NCBI GenBank assembly: GCA_965204595.1
Contig: CBDBEW010000005.1
Location: 614,565 to 678,564 of the forward strand
Length of the DNA stretch: 64,000 nucleotides
Direction of reading: 5' to 3'
From: Candidatus Aldehydirespiratoraceae bacterium
Lineage (GTDB): Bacteria; Actinomycetota; Acidimicrobiia; Acidimicrobiales; Aldehydirespiratoraceae
A program made the translations under genes and the position numbers. The notes under the pieces were generated by a model. That model was given only the letters and a program-made list of their open reading frames with translations, did no database searches and had not been told where the DNA came from. This document shows, piece after piece, positions 30,987 to 40,630 of the stretch (within the stretch, counting starts at the first letter, position 1; every line of letters begins with the position of its first letter).

Positions 30987-31691
30987 GTGGCTTTCAGACG
31001 AAAAAGGGCCGACGACTCACTCAACGTGCAATTGCGAGGATGCCTGGCTATGAGACCGGATCTAGGTGACGACGAAGACCTGTATAGCATTTTCCGTTCA
31101 ACAGCGACCTACCTCGGTTTTGATAACGGAACTCTCGGTCTTTGGGGTATGAATTTTGCAGAGCATAATTCAATAAGTTCAGGGCTAGATGTGGTCGCTG
31201 AGTTTCAAGTTGGTCCCTGGGTGCATTCAACTGAAATTTTCCCACAATTTCTCAAATGTGTGGAAATATCGCTAATGCAGTTAGGGAAATTTGAGTTGGC
31301 TGAAGTTGAAGCTACATGTGCACCGGGCATAGCGCAGAACATGACTAATCGGCTTAGTAGTAGCCTGGGTTTGTTCCGCGCACTCATTCCGACCAAACCC
31401 GTTCAAGCTCGAGCAAGTCTGAACTGGTATTTTGATGCGAAACATAAGGTACCAGACTTAGCGAAGCTGTATTCCGAGTATCATATCGAACCGTTTCGGA
31501 TAGAGCTAGAGTCTGACCCGACCATTGATAAGTCCAATAGGCTTTCGCTTCCGAGGCGCGGACATGTAACCGCAGCTGCTGTCTTGCCTGAGTTATCGCT
31601 AGACTGTGTAGGTTGGCTTGTCTCATTTCTAATCTCATCACTCGTGCCTGCTAGAGCCGAAGATATCACAGTCCTCTTGGAGCTAGAATGA
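30987..31691 (+). CDS. hypothetical protein (AT-rich block downstream of Res)
   Basis: 234-aa ORF with a GTG start preceded by GAGGAGG at about 6 nt spacing. No family recognised. Composition differs from both flanks. Confidence 0.5.
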   Translation: MAFRRKRADDSLNVQLRGCLAMRPDLGDDEDLYSIFRSTATYLGFDNGTLGLWGMNFAEHNSISSGLDVVAEFQVGPWVHSTEIFPQFLKCVEISLMQLGKFELAEVEATCAPGIAQNMTNRLSSSLGLFRALIPTKPVQARASLNWYFDAKHKVPDLAKLYSEYHIEPFRIELESDPTIDKSNRLSLPRRGHVTAAAVLPELSLDCVGWLVSFLISSLVPARAEDITVLLELE

Positions 31692-31901
31692 CAGAGGTTA
31701 GGATAGCTTGGAATGCGGGTGATGCTAGGCCCCAGCGTGATTCTAGGCCCCAGCGGGTGTGGCCGTGACCGTTGACTCCAATATTACGCGATTTGGTCGT
31801 CCTGGGTCTTATCGGATATTGGTTACTAACGGGCTGTTCTTCAAGCAGCGAACAAAATGTAATAGTCGATCGAGATCACCTCGTGTCTATAGAGTGATGT
31901 T

Positions 31902-32480
31902 ATGTTGTTTACAGATACATCAATCAATACGAAGACTGCCACATCGGATGACGGGTTGGGGTGTGGTAATCCGACTTGTTTAGCGTTCGGTGATATAGCA
32001 TCGTTGGGTGATGCGGGGTTGGCTGTTGAGTTGTCTTTGTTGGGTCGCTGCGAATCGCGTCTTGCAGCTCGCAAAGCGAAACTGTTGGCTGAATTAGCGC
32101 GTCGTTCTAGTAGTGGTGATGCTCAACAGGTGGCGACTTCTGAGTTGTTGATTTCTAGGCGCGAAGCCAAAAAAGAAGTTGAAACTGCTAAACAGTTGGA
32201 GTCGTTGCCACAAACTTCTGAGGCGTTGGCTTCTGGTGATATAACTGTTGGTCATGCTAAGTTGATCGCCCGAACCGCGACGCAGGGTAAAATAGTTGAA
32301 CAAAAGTTGGTTGATAAAGCCAAAAGTGAGGGTTTTGATGATTTCGCTAAAACTGTTCGTAAACACCAAAATCAACAAGCAGACAAAGCTGGTGTTTCTG
32401 TTTTGGAACGTCAACGCAAAAAACGATTTGCTCAAGCTTTTGAAAGCCCCGCCCGCGCGAGGACTGGAGGGCCGGTTTAG
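31902..32480 (+). pseudogene. DUF222-type (HNH endonuclease family N-terminal domain) gene, 3'-truncated
   Basis: The LAARKAKLLAELARR...ISRREAKKEVETAKQLESLPQTSEALASGDITVGHAKLIA pattern is typical of actinobacterial DUF222/13E12-type proteins. The HNH half is absent, and the ORF runs into compositionally different GC-rich DNA at about 32450. Confidence 0.6.
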
Positions 32481-32781
32481 TTCTCAGCCACACATGCCAC
32501 AATCACGGCCCAGGTCCTGTGCTCGTGCGGCGGAGCGGAATGGACTTTGCGGGCGGCGTCGGTCGTCGTTTGCCTCCGCCGTGAACTGACCGAGGGGCGT
32601 ACGAAGGGACACACGACGGCGGCATCGGGTCGGTGCTTGCAATCAACAACAAAATTGAGTACAGTTTGAGTACAGTTAGAGAACCTAAGATAGTTTTTAG
32701 TGCCGTGCAAGCAACGGTGACAGAGAATATAGAAAAACAAAAGGAAGCATAGAACAATGAAGCACAAGAGCACCACCCCCA

Positions 32782-32796
32782 CCCCCCCCCCCCCCC
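32782..32796. repeat. poly-C tract (15 C; preceded by CCCCC-A)
   Basis: Direct count on rows 32761-32800. It lies between an SD-preceded ATG (32757) and the signal-peptide ATG (32822) of the surface-protein gene. Confidence 0.9.
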
Positions 32797-32821
32797 GAAC
32801 ACACGCTGCGGACGTTCAAAG

Positions 32822-35343
32822 ATGTCAGGTAAGCCGGCTCGGTCGTTGCTGGCGGTGGCGGTCGGATTGGCGGGGTTGGCGGCCCTGCCGCAGGCGTCGC
32901 CGGTGGGGGCGCAGAACGCCGAGACCGTCACGAGGACTCTGGAATCCGGCGTCGAGGTAGAAATGCCGGCAGGGAAATTCTACACGGTCGTGGACTCCAA
33001 GACAGGCGAACGGAGGCGGCGCCGTTCGTGAAGGAGACCTAATCGAGTTCACATTGTTGTTCGGCGAGGCTACCGACGTGAGCGACCCTCCAGAGTTGAC
33101 CTGCTCCACTATCGACGGCACCGCACGGCAAGCAGACAACGATTTCGTCGGGGGTGACTTTCCTGTGCGTGGTGTCAGTTCAATGAATCAGTCCGTTACA
33201 AAGGTCACTCTTCCCGTCTTGACCAAGACGGAGTTCCAAGCATCGCCCCTTCGCGTAAACGTTTACGACCCGAGCGAGTACTTTTCGGTTCTTTGTTTAA
33301 CAGACGCCGGCAGCCGCGACTGGACTCCTTGGCGCGCATCTTTGTTCCATATCACGATCCTGGATCAGGTGGAACCAGAGACTCCTCCGACAGTCACCGA
33401 TCCTCCCAACGTTGCTTCAGTATCTACCGGCCCGGTAATCATGGCTCCGGTGCCTGAGGGCAAGTTCTACTCGTTGACTTTCCACAATGGCGGCGACGGT
33501 ACGGTCGACGCTGAAGGTCGGATAGTCGAAGGCGATCTGGGCGAGTTCGTTCTAGCACGCGGTCAACAGACAGGGGAGGACGTGACCTTCACCTGCACCA
33601 CGAGCGACGGCACAGCCGACGAATCCGACTACGTGGGAGGATCCTTCCCGGGCACCGCGTTCGCGGGCACGGGCGGGTTCACTCTGCCGCTGGTCACCAA
33701 GCACGACACCGTGGTCGAACTCGACGAGTACTTCTGGATTGAATGCATGCCGACTAGCGGAGACGACATGTTCGATTGGCGTGTCTGGGGGGTCGCCGCG
33801 GGCAAGGATACGGTTGGTCGACGATACCACAGAGGTGCGTTTCCACGAAACTGGCGTCACCATCGAAGAAGGCGCGACCGGCACCGTGTCGGTGATCGCC
33901 GACGGCAAAAGGCGCACGCGCGAAAGGCACCCGGAACTCCACGGTGAGCGCGGTGGTCTCGTTCTTCGACGAAGGCACGGGCGCGCTGCACCCCGAAGAC
34001 GTCAGGTTCAGCGGAACCCAGGCTGCGAGCATGACGCACGCGCTCGGCGGGACGTCGATCGAACCACAAGCAATCACGCTTCAAGCAGTTGACAACAGTG
34101 TCTGCGAGGGACCGAAGATCGGAATCGTGGGACGTCTCTTCACCTTCAGCATCGGATTGGGCGAGTGCCGGGGCGATTCTAGGAGGCTTGCAGAGAGCCT
34201 ATCTCAGGATCGTTGACGACGAGGACGCCCCGTCCGCTCCGCCTGCGGTGGCTGCGGACGTCAACGGCAGCAATCTGGCGGTCGAGTGGCTCGAGCCGTC
34301 GTGTCCATATCTCAAGGGCGTGGAGATGGAGTACCAGACCGTTGGGGCCGCGTCGTGGACGAGCGGGCTCAAGGCCGGCCGCCAATGGGACTACGACGGC
34401 GACGGCGACCCCTCGAACAACGCTGCGTTGACGATGTCGCACACGGCGGCCGGAGTCGCTGCCGGCGCCGAGTACAACGTGCGGGTGCGTTATCACAACG
34501 ACGGCGGCGCCGGCGCCTGGAGACAAGTGCTCTCAGGCACGACGGCCATCGTCAGGACCACGAGTCCCTCCTCGTCGGGAGGCGGACCAGTTGCGCCGCC
34601 GCTAGGAGGCGGCACTTTCACGCCGCCGCCGACCACGCCTACTGGCGGAGGCGACCCGCCCCCCGACTCCTCTGATACCGGGGAGGGTGACGAGCCGCCG
34701 GATCCACCGCCGGCCCCGGAGTCGCCGAGGTACACGATCTCTGTGCGCGACCCTGCCTGCGAGCCTAACGCGGGGCTTGAGAACTTCCCGTTCGCGGACG
34801 TGGCGGAGACCTCCTACGCCAGAGGCGACGTGGGCTGTCTGACAGCGCTTGAAGTCACCACCGGGACCAGCCCCACGACCTACTCGCCGGCCCGGGAAGT
34901 CACCCGTGCCCCAGATGGCGTCGTTTCTGGCGCGGCTCTTCGGATCGGTCACCGGCGAGCAGGCCCCGGTGGGGCAGACTCCGTTCACAGACGTCGCGGC
35001 GGGCTCGACCCACGCGGCCGACGTCGCTCGCCTGTACGGGCTCGGGATCACCCCCGGCGCCGGCGCCACGGCCTACTTCCCCGACCAGACAGTCGACCGT
35101 GCCCGGATGGCTTCGTTCCTAGCAGGGCTCTACGAGGTAGTGACCGGCGCGCCCGCCCCGGTCGTAGAGACACCGTTCACTGATCTGCCGGCAGACTCCG
35201 CCGCCGCGGACGACGTCGCCCGCATCTACGGGTTCGGGATCACCACCGGTACCGACGCCACCACCTACTCACCGGACCTGCCGGTGAACCGCGAGCAGAT
35301 GGCGTCGTTTCTAGCACGCCTCTACCGCGTCCTCACCGAGTAA
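32822..35343 (+). pseudogene. surface protein: signal peptide, Calx-beta-like repeats, FN3-like domain and three SLH modules; needs five +1 frame changes
   Basis: The signal is MSGKPARSLLAVAVGLAGLAALPQASPVGA. There are two repeats of ..GKFY...EGDL.EF......TC.T.DGTA...D(F/Y)VGG.FP, and Calx-beta-like ends (DEYFWIE; RIRLVDD; YLRIVDDEDAP). SLH modules fit F.D......A.DV..LY..GIT.G......Y.P...V.R.QMASFLARL. Reading continuity requires frame changes near 33011, 33787-33792 (G6), 33907-33910 (A4), 34165-34173 and 34909-34912 (C4). Confidence 0.7.
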
Positions 35344-35456
35344 CCCCAACCCGCGCCGCCAACCCACTGCAGCACCTTGTAGGATAGTGACGGTAGGCTT
35401 GGGACGCAAAGAGGTAACGGAGTAAAGATATTCGCGATAATTTTGAAGGCAAACCC

Positions 35457-37613
35457 GTGCTAGCATTGACGAAAGAGCGCTACCGAGACCTGCTGGCAGG
35501 CTCGGCGGCGGTCGTCGGGCCGTTGCTGCTCTACGCCGCCACCATGCCGCGGGGTGGTCTCGCTCGAAGACGACGGCCTGTTCCTGCTAGTCGGCAAGTA
35601 CCTGGGGATCGGGCACCCGTCCGGCTATCCGATCCACACGCTGCTCGCCAATGTGTTCCTCAAAATCCCCTGGGGGAGCGAGGCCTTCTTGGGGCACCTG
35701 CTCTCAGGCGTGCTGGGCGGGTTCGCCTGCGGCGCCGTCTACGCCTGCGCACGGCTCTACCGCGCCGGGCCGCTCGCCGCATTGGCGGGGGCGTGGCTCT
35801 TCGGCGCCTCGGAGCACTTCTGGGCACAAGCCATCATCACCGAGGTCTACACGCTCAACGCCACTGTTCTTCTTCGTCATCCTGGCGCTGCTGCTGCACC
35901 TGCGCCGCAACCGGGACAACGACCAAGACAACGACCGAGCCTGGCTGGCGCTGGCATTCATCTCCGGGCTAAGCCTCGCCAACCACTGGCCGCTGATGGG
36001 GCTCGCCGCCCCCGGCCTTGTGCTGGCACTGCTGCCGATGTGGCGGCAAGTCCTGCGCCGTTGGTGGCAGCTGGCCGCGGCGTTTCTGCCCGCAGTGGTC
36101 GCCCCCTATCTGTGGATGGCCGCACGCTCAGCGCAGGAGCCGACCTTCAGCTTCCCCGGCCCGCTCGACACTTTGGGACAGTTTCTCGACTCACATCGCA
36201 CGCAGCGGATACAGCGAAGTCGACACGTCCATCTCAGCGGGATGGTCCGACCGCTTCAAGTTCCTCGAATGGTTCGCCACCGACCTGGTGTGGCTGATGA
36301 CCCTGCCGGGCTTTTTGCTGGCACTGGTCGGACTCGGCGCCCTGCTCACGCGCCGCCAACCGGAGCCGGAACCGCAGCCGCAGAAGCGCCAGTCACGGAG
36401 GCGCAACGCACGCCGAGGCCGAGGACGCCGCCGCTACAACGGCAGCGTCTTGGACCCGACACTCGACAGGCTGGCGGCCTGGGCCGGTCCGGTGGTGTTC
36501 CTGTCGCAGAGCGTGGCGATCATCGTGATCCTGCAGTTCGACTTCGACTTCCAGCGCACATTCGTCTTCCGCGCCTACCCGTCGGTCAGCTACGGGCTGC
36601 TCGGCATCTGGATCGCCGTGGGGCTGCACCAGGCGGGCGCCAAGCTCGCTGAGACGGTGAACCCCCCCAAGCTCGCGCTGCCGGCGGCCACGGCGGCGGT
36701 CGGCGCGCTGCTGGTGGCGTGGACGGTGGCGTCTCACTGGGACAGCAACAACCGTGCCGACGCAGACTTCGCGCAGCGCTACGCCGAGATGGTCTATGAG
36801 ATCCTGCCGGACGACGCGGTGCTGATCACCTTCGGCGACGAGGTCGTGCTGCCGCTGGGCTACCTCCATCACGGGGAGGGAGTGCGGCCCGACGTCCGCT
36901 TCGCGGAGGCTCACGGGATCATGTTCCCCGGCAACATCTACGACAGCATCGCCAACATTACGGTCGAACAGCAGCAGGCCGACCTGCTCAGATTCCTCGA
37001 AACCACCGACCGCCCCGTGTTCACCACGTACCGGAACAACAGGGTCGACCACGGCCGGGCAGTGAAGGACTGGGGATTTCTGCGCGAAGTCTTAGCCGAG
37101 GGCGACCCGGCCGAGACGATCCAGCTGCAGCCCCACGACAAGACCGCGGAGTACTTCCGTCACATAGTCGCCCAGAGCGACCTCGACGGCTGGGAGCGCG
37201 TCGCCCGCGGTCACCAGGTGATCGACTACGGCCAGTTCCTCGGCTACGCGCTGCTGAGCCGCGACGAGGCGATCATCGAGTCCACCGCCGTCGAGCGCGG
37301 GCTCGCCGAGGCGGACTACTTCGGTCTCAACGGCATGGCCGGCGTGCTCGCCCGCTTCGGCGACGACGAGCACCTTGAGCAGGCGATGGAGTACCTGCGA
37401 GCCGCCCTGCCGTTACGGGATGCCGCAGTGACCAAGCAGGCGCAGGCGGAGGTCTACAACAACATCGGCATCGTGCACTGGCGACAAGGCCGGTCCGAGG
37501 AGGCCATCGAGATGTTCGAGACTTCACGAGATCTGATCGACGACCCCGCCAACCCCGGCGTGGACTTCCTCAACCAACTAGCGAACGACCAGCTCGAAGC
37601 CACCCAACCCTGA
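35457..37613 (+). pseudogene. DUF2723-like multi-pass membrane protein (glycosyltransferase-C fold family) with C-terminal TPR; needs three +1 frame changes
   Basis: Pieces are MLALTKERYRDLLAGSAAVVGPLLLYAATMPRG, then VSLEDDGLFLLVGKYLGIGHPSGYPIHTLL.., then LFFFVILALLLHL..LANHWPLMGL.., then THIARSGYSEVD...TPR (AEVYNNIGIVHWRQGRSEEAIEMFE). Shifts lie near 35551-35554 (G4), about 35860 and about 36185. Confidence 0.65.
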
Positions 37614-37721
37614 TCGCCACCCAGAACCCGCCTCCTAGAGCACCCCCCCACAAAGCCAAAAAGGTTCCACAAAACCGTTTGGTGGTGCGATCGTAAAAAA
37701 TATTGGTAAGCTACATGACTT

Positions 37722-38885
37722 GTGCGTTTGAGACTGCTGCGTGAGCAAGCACCCACAGAAAAACGAGTAGCACTAGTCCCCAAAGGTGTTGAACGGCTAT
37801 CCAACAACGGTTGCCAAGTCTTCGTTGACAGAGATGCGGGACTTAGCTCAGGCATAACAAACGAAGCCTACGAGAGTGCTGGCGCGCAAATCATCACCGA
37901 AGCCAACCAAGTTCAGGCCGACCTGATGGTTTCAGTTAGCAATACTTTGTCATCAAAAGGCACCAAGCCCGACAATAAAAACAACAAACCCTCAGAGGTG
38001 TTTGTGGGCGTGTTTGACCCTCTCTGGACCCCAGAACTAGCTCAAGAGCACGCGAAGGCGGGTATCACAGCTTTTTCGTTAGATCTGGTGCCCCGGATAA
38101 CCCGGGCACAGTCTATGGATGTGCTGTCGTCGATGGCAACGATAGCTGGTTACGAGGCGGTGCTATTGGCAGCAGGGCGGCTACCGCAAATGTTTCCGCT
38201 TATGATGACCGCAGCTGGCACTCTGGCACCAGCGAAAGTGTTGGTGCTCGGCGCGGGCGTGGCAGGCTTAACTACGATTGGTACTGCGAGAAGGCTTGGT
38301 GGGGTAGTGGATGCCTACGATGTGCGACCCGAAGCGGCCGAACAGATACGCTCGCTAGGAGCGCGCGCGCTTGAGATCACACACGGCACTAACGAAGACG
38401 CAAAACCTGCCACCGACAAGAGCGGCTATGCGGCTGTGCAGAGCGAAGATAAAACGCAAACCCAACGTGAAATGCTCACAGAACATGTGGCTGATGCCGA
38501 TGTTGTGATAACGACGGCCGCCGTTCCCGGCCGCCGCTCCCCTCTGCTAGTTACCACCGAAATGGTTGATGGCATGATTGAAGGCTCAGTCATAGTGGAT
38601 TTAGCGGCCGAACGTGGGGGCAACTGCGAACTCACCAAACCTGATCAAGAAGTCAACCACCACGGTGTGACCATCCTCGGCCCAACAGACCTGACCTCCA
38701 AATGTGCGCGCCACGCTAGCCAAATGTTCTCGGGCAACCTAGTGGCTTTTCTTGAGCATTTAGCTCCAGATGGCACTATAGATATCCGCCTTGATGACGA
38801 AATCCTGTCAGCCATGCTTGTTGCCCACCAAGGGGAAATAGTTCACGAAGCGGTCGTTGCCGCCCTAAGCGAGAAGGATAACTGA
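37722..38885 (+). CDS. pntAA: NAD(P) transhydrogenase subunit alpha, part 1
   Basis: 387-aa ORF (GTG start). It has an alanine-dehydrogenase/PNT-type fold and the Rossmann block VLVLGAGVAGL. It is followed by the small alpha-2 subunit and the beta subunit. Confidence 0.9.
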   Translation: MRLRLLREQAPTEKRVALVPKGVERLSNNGCQVFVDRDAGLSSGITNEAYESAGAQIITEANQVQADLMVSVSNTLSSKGTKPDNKNNKPSEVFVGVFDPLWTPELAQEHAKAGITAFSLDLVPRITRAQSMDVLSSMATIAGYEAVLLAAGRLPQMFPLMMTAAGTLAPAKVLVLGAGVAGLTTIGTARRLGGVVDAYDVRPEAAEQIRSLGARALEITHGTNEDAKPATDKSGYAAVQSEDKTQTQREMLTEHVADADVVITTAAVPGRRSPLLVTTEMVDGMIEGSVIVDLAAERGGNCELTKPDQEVNHHGVTILGPTDLTSKCARHASQMFSGNLVAFLEHLAPDGTIDIRLDDEILSAMLVAHQGEIVHEAVVAALSEKDN

Positions 38886-38888
38886 CGA

Positions 38889-39206
38889 ATGGACGTGCTG
38901 ATTGCGCTAACCCTGTTTGTATTGGCGGTTTTTTTGGGGGTAGAGTTGATAACTAAAGTACCCCCCACGCTACACACCCCGTTAATGTCGGGTTCTAACG
39001 CTATTTCTGGTATTACTGTGGTGGGTGCTTTGTTAGCGGCTGGAGCTGACCACACAACCTTCACATCGGCCTTGGGTTTCGCGGCGGTGACTTTGGCAAT
39101 GATTAACGTGGTTGGCGGCTTTTTGGTGACCCACCGAATGTTGCATATGTTTGGCCCCAAGCACCGCCGGTCTCAGCGAGCACCGAGCGCAGTCAACAAC
39201 GATTGA
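38889..39206 (+). CDS. pntAB: NAD(P) transhydrogenase subunit alpha, part 2 (membrane)
   Basis: 105-aa, three-TM ORF between pntAA and pntB. The SGSNAISGITVVGAL block is present. Confidence 0.85.
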   Translation: MDVLIALTLFVLAVFLGVELITKVPPTLHTPLMSGSNAISGITVVGALLAAGADHTTFTSALGFAAVTLAMINVVGGFLVTHRMLHMFGPKHRRSQRAPSAVNND

Positions 39207-39218
39207 GAGGCTTAGAAA

Positions 39219-40595
39219 ATGGATGATTGGGCGACACTTGGGTACCTTGTTGCTGCGGTGCTGTTTATTCTGGGGCTGAAAGGCCTTAGCCGCCCCCGAA
39301 CTGCGGTTCGTGGCAACCGTTTGGGTGCCGCGGGGATGCTCGTGGCGGTGGTTGTTACACTCGCCAACAATGAGATAATCAGTTTCGCTTGGATCGCTGC
39401 TGGGTTGGCGTTAGGAACGATAGTGGGTGTGACCTTAGCGGTGAGGGTGCAGATGACATCCATGCCCGAGTTGGTGGCGTTGTTTAACGGGTTTGGTGGG
39501 GGAGCCTCGGTTCTGGTAGCTGCTGCGTCCTACTCGCGAGCAAGCGACTTAGCACAAGACACAGCTAGGCTTTCGGCTGCTGCAGCGTTGGCTGCTCTTA
39601 TTGGTGTTGTCACCTTCACAGGAAGCTTGATCGCGTTTGCGAAACTCAGGGAAGTTCTTCGCTGGTCGGGTTTTGCTCAAATGCATTACCTTTCGGCACT
39701 TTTTGCGTTAGCAGCATTGGTTTTTGCCGTCTTGATGGTGGTGAACACCGATCTAAAGGTTTGGTTGTGGCTATTGGTTGGTATAGGTGCGGTTTTGGGT
39801 GTGTTGTTGGTTGTGCCGATTGGTGGTGCCGACATGCCTGTGGTGATCGCATTGTTGAACTCGTTGTCGGGTACCGCAGCGGTGGCGGCTGGTTTTGTGC
39901 TTGAGAACTCTCTACTGATAATCGCTGGATCGCTTGTGGGTGCAAGTGGTCTCATCTTGACACAGATCATGTGTGTGGCAATGAACCGCAGTTTGTTGGC
40001 GGTTATCTTTACCCGTGCGCCTGTGGCTGGTTCAAGTCAAGACGACAATGATGTGTATGCCGGCAAGGTCAGGGCCACCTCACCTGATGATGTGTCGATG
40101 TTGCTTGAGTCCGCTGAGCGGGTGGTGATAGTTCCTGGCTATGGTCTGGCGGTGGCTCAAGCACAGCATGCGGTTCGTGATTTGAGCAGGCGTTTAGAAG
40201 AACGTGGCGTTGAGGTGGCTTTTGGTATTCATCCTGTTGCTGGCAGGATGCCGGGCCATATGAATGTTTTGCTCGCCGAGGCAGAAATCAGCTATGAACG
40301 CCTTGTTGAGATGGATGACATAAACCCAACCTTTGATCAAACTGATGTGACAATCGTGATCGGTGCAAACGATGTGGTGAACCCATTGGCACGCACCGAT
40401 CCTGATAGCCCGATTGCGGGGATGCCGATACTTGATGTGGACAAAAGTGGTGTTGTGGTGGTGGTGAAGCGCAGCTTAAGTCCGGGTTTTGCTGGCATCC
40501 CCAACCCGTTGTTTGCCGCCGAAAATGCGTTGATGCTTTTCGGCGACGGACGTGAAGCTGTAGTAAACATCACCAAGTCGTTGCAGCAACTCTAA
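39219..40595 (+). CDS. pntB: NAD(P) transhydrogenase subunit beta
   Basis: 458-aa ORF with an N-terminal multi-TM region and a C-terminal NADP(H) domain (PGYGLAVAQAQH, HPVAGRMPGHMNVLLAEA). Confidence 0.9.
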   Translation: MDDWATLGYLVAAVLFILGLKGLSRPRTAVRGNRLGAAGMLVAVVVTLANNEIISFAWIAAGLALGTIVGVTLAVRVQMTSMPELVALFNGFGGGASVLVAAASYSRASDLAQDTARLSAAAALAALIGVVTFTGSLIAFAKLREVLRWSGFAQMHYLSALFALAALVFAVLMVVNTDLKVWLWLLVGIGAVLGVLLVVPIGGADMPVVIALLNSLSGTAAVAAGFVLENSLLIIAGSLVGASGLILTQIMCVAMNRSLLAVIFTRAPVAGSSQDDNDVYAGKVRATSPDDVSMLLESAERVVIVPGYGLAVAQAQHAVRDLSRRLEERGVEVAFGIHPVAGRMPGHMNVLLAEAEISYERLVEMDDINPTFDQTDVTIVIGANDVVNPLARTDPDSPIAGMPILDVDKSGVVVVVKRSLSPGFAGIPNPLFAAENALMLFGDGREAVVNITKSLQQL

Positions 40596-40630
40596 TACGC
40601 GCGCAGTACTCTTAGCTGAGCACCTTGGGG

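Noticed and set aside
30814-31053. A 79-aa ORF upstream of and overlapping 30987..31691, possibly a frameshifted N-terminal extension of that gene.
   Set aside because: The 30987 GTG has a strong GAGGAGG SD of its own. The upstream ORF has no RBS or recognisable features. I cannot support a fusion without homologs.
22578-37721. A prophage or integrative element with integrase and att sites as the origin of the leuS-pntAA island. The same was considered for the 55.7-64 kb patch.
   Set aside because: No integrase or recombinase, phage structural genes, tRNA gene or flanking direct repeats were found by eye. Only compositional mosaicism is seen.
33552-37855. Long ORFs on the opposite strand or in alternative frames inside the GC-rich island (for example 33552..33917 -, 34602..35069 -, 35651..36652 +, 36393..37052 - and 37454..37855 -).
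   Set aside because: High GC suppresses stop codons in all frames. These translations are Arg/Pro/Gly-rich and low in complexity, with no recognisable motifs. The chosen path yields recognisable Calx-beta, FN3, SLH, DUF2723 and TPR sequence.
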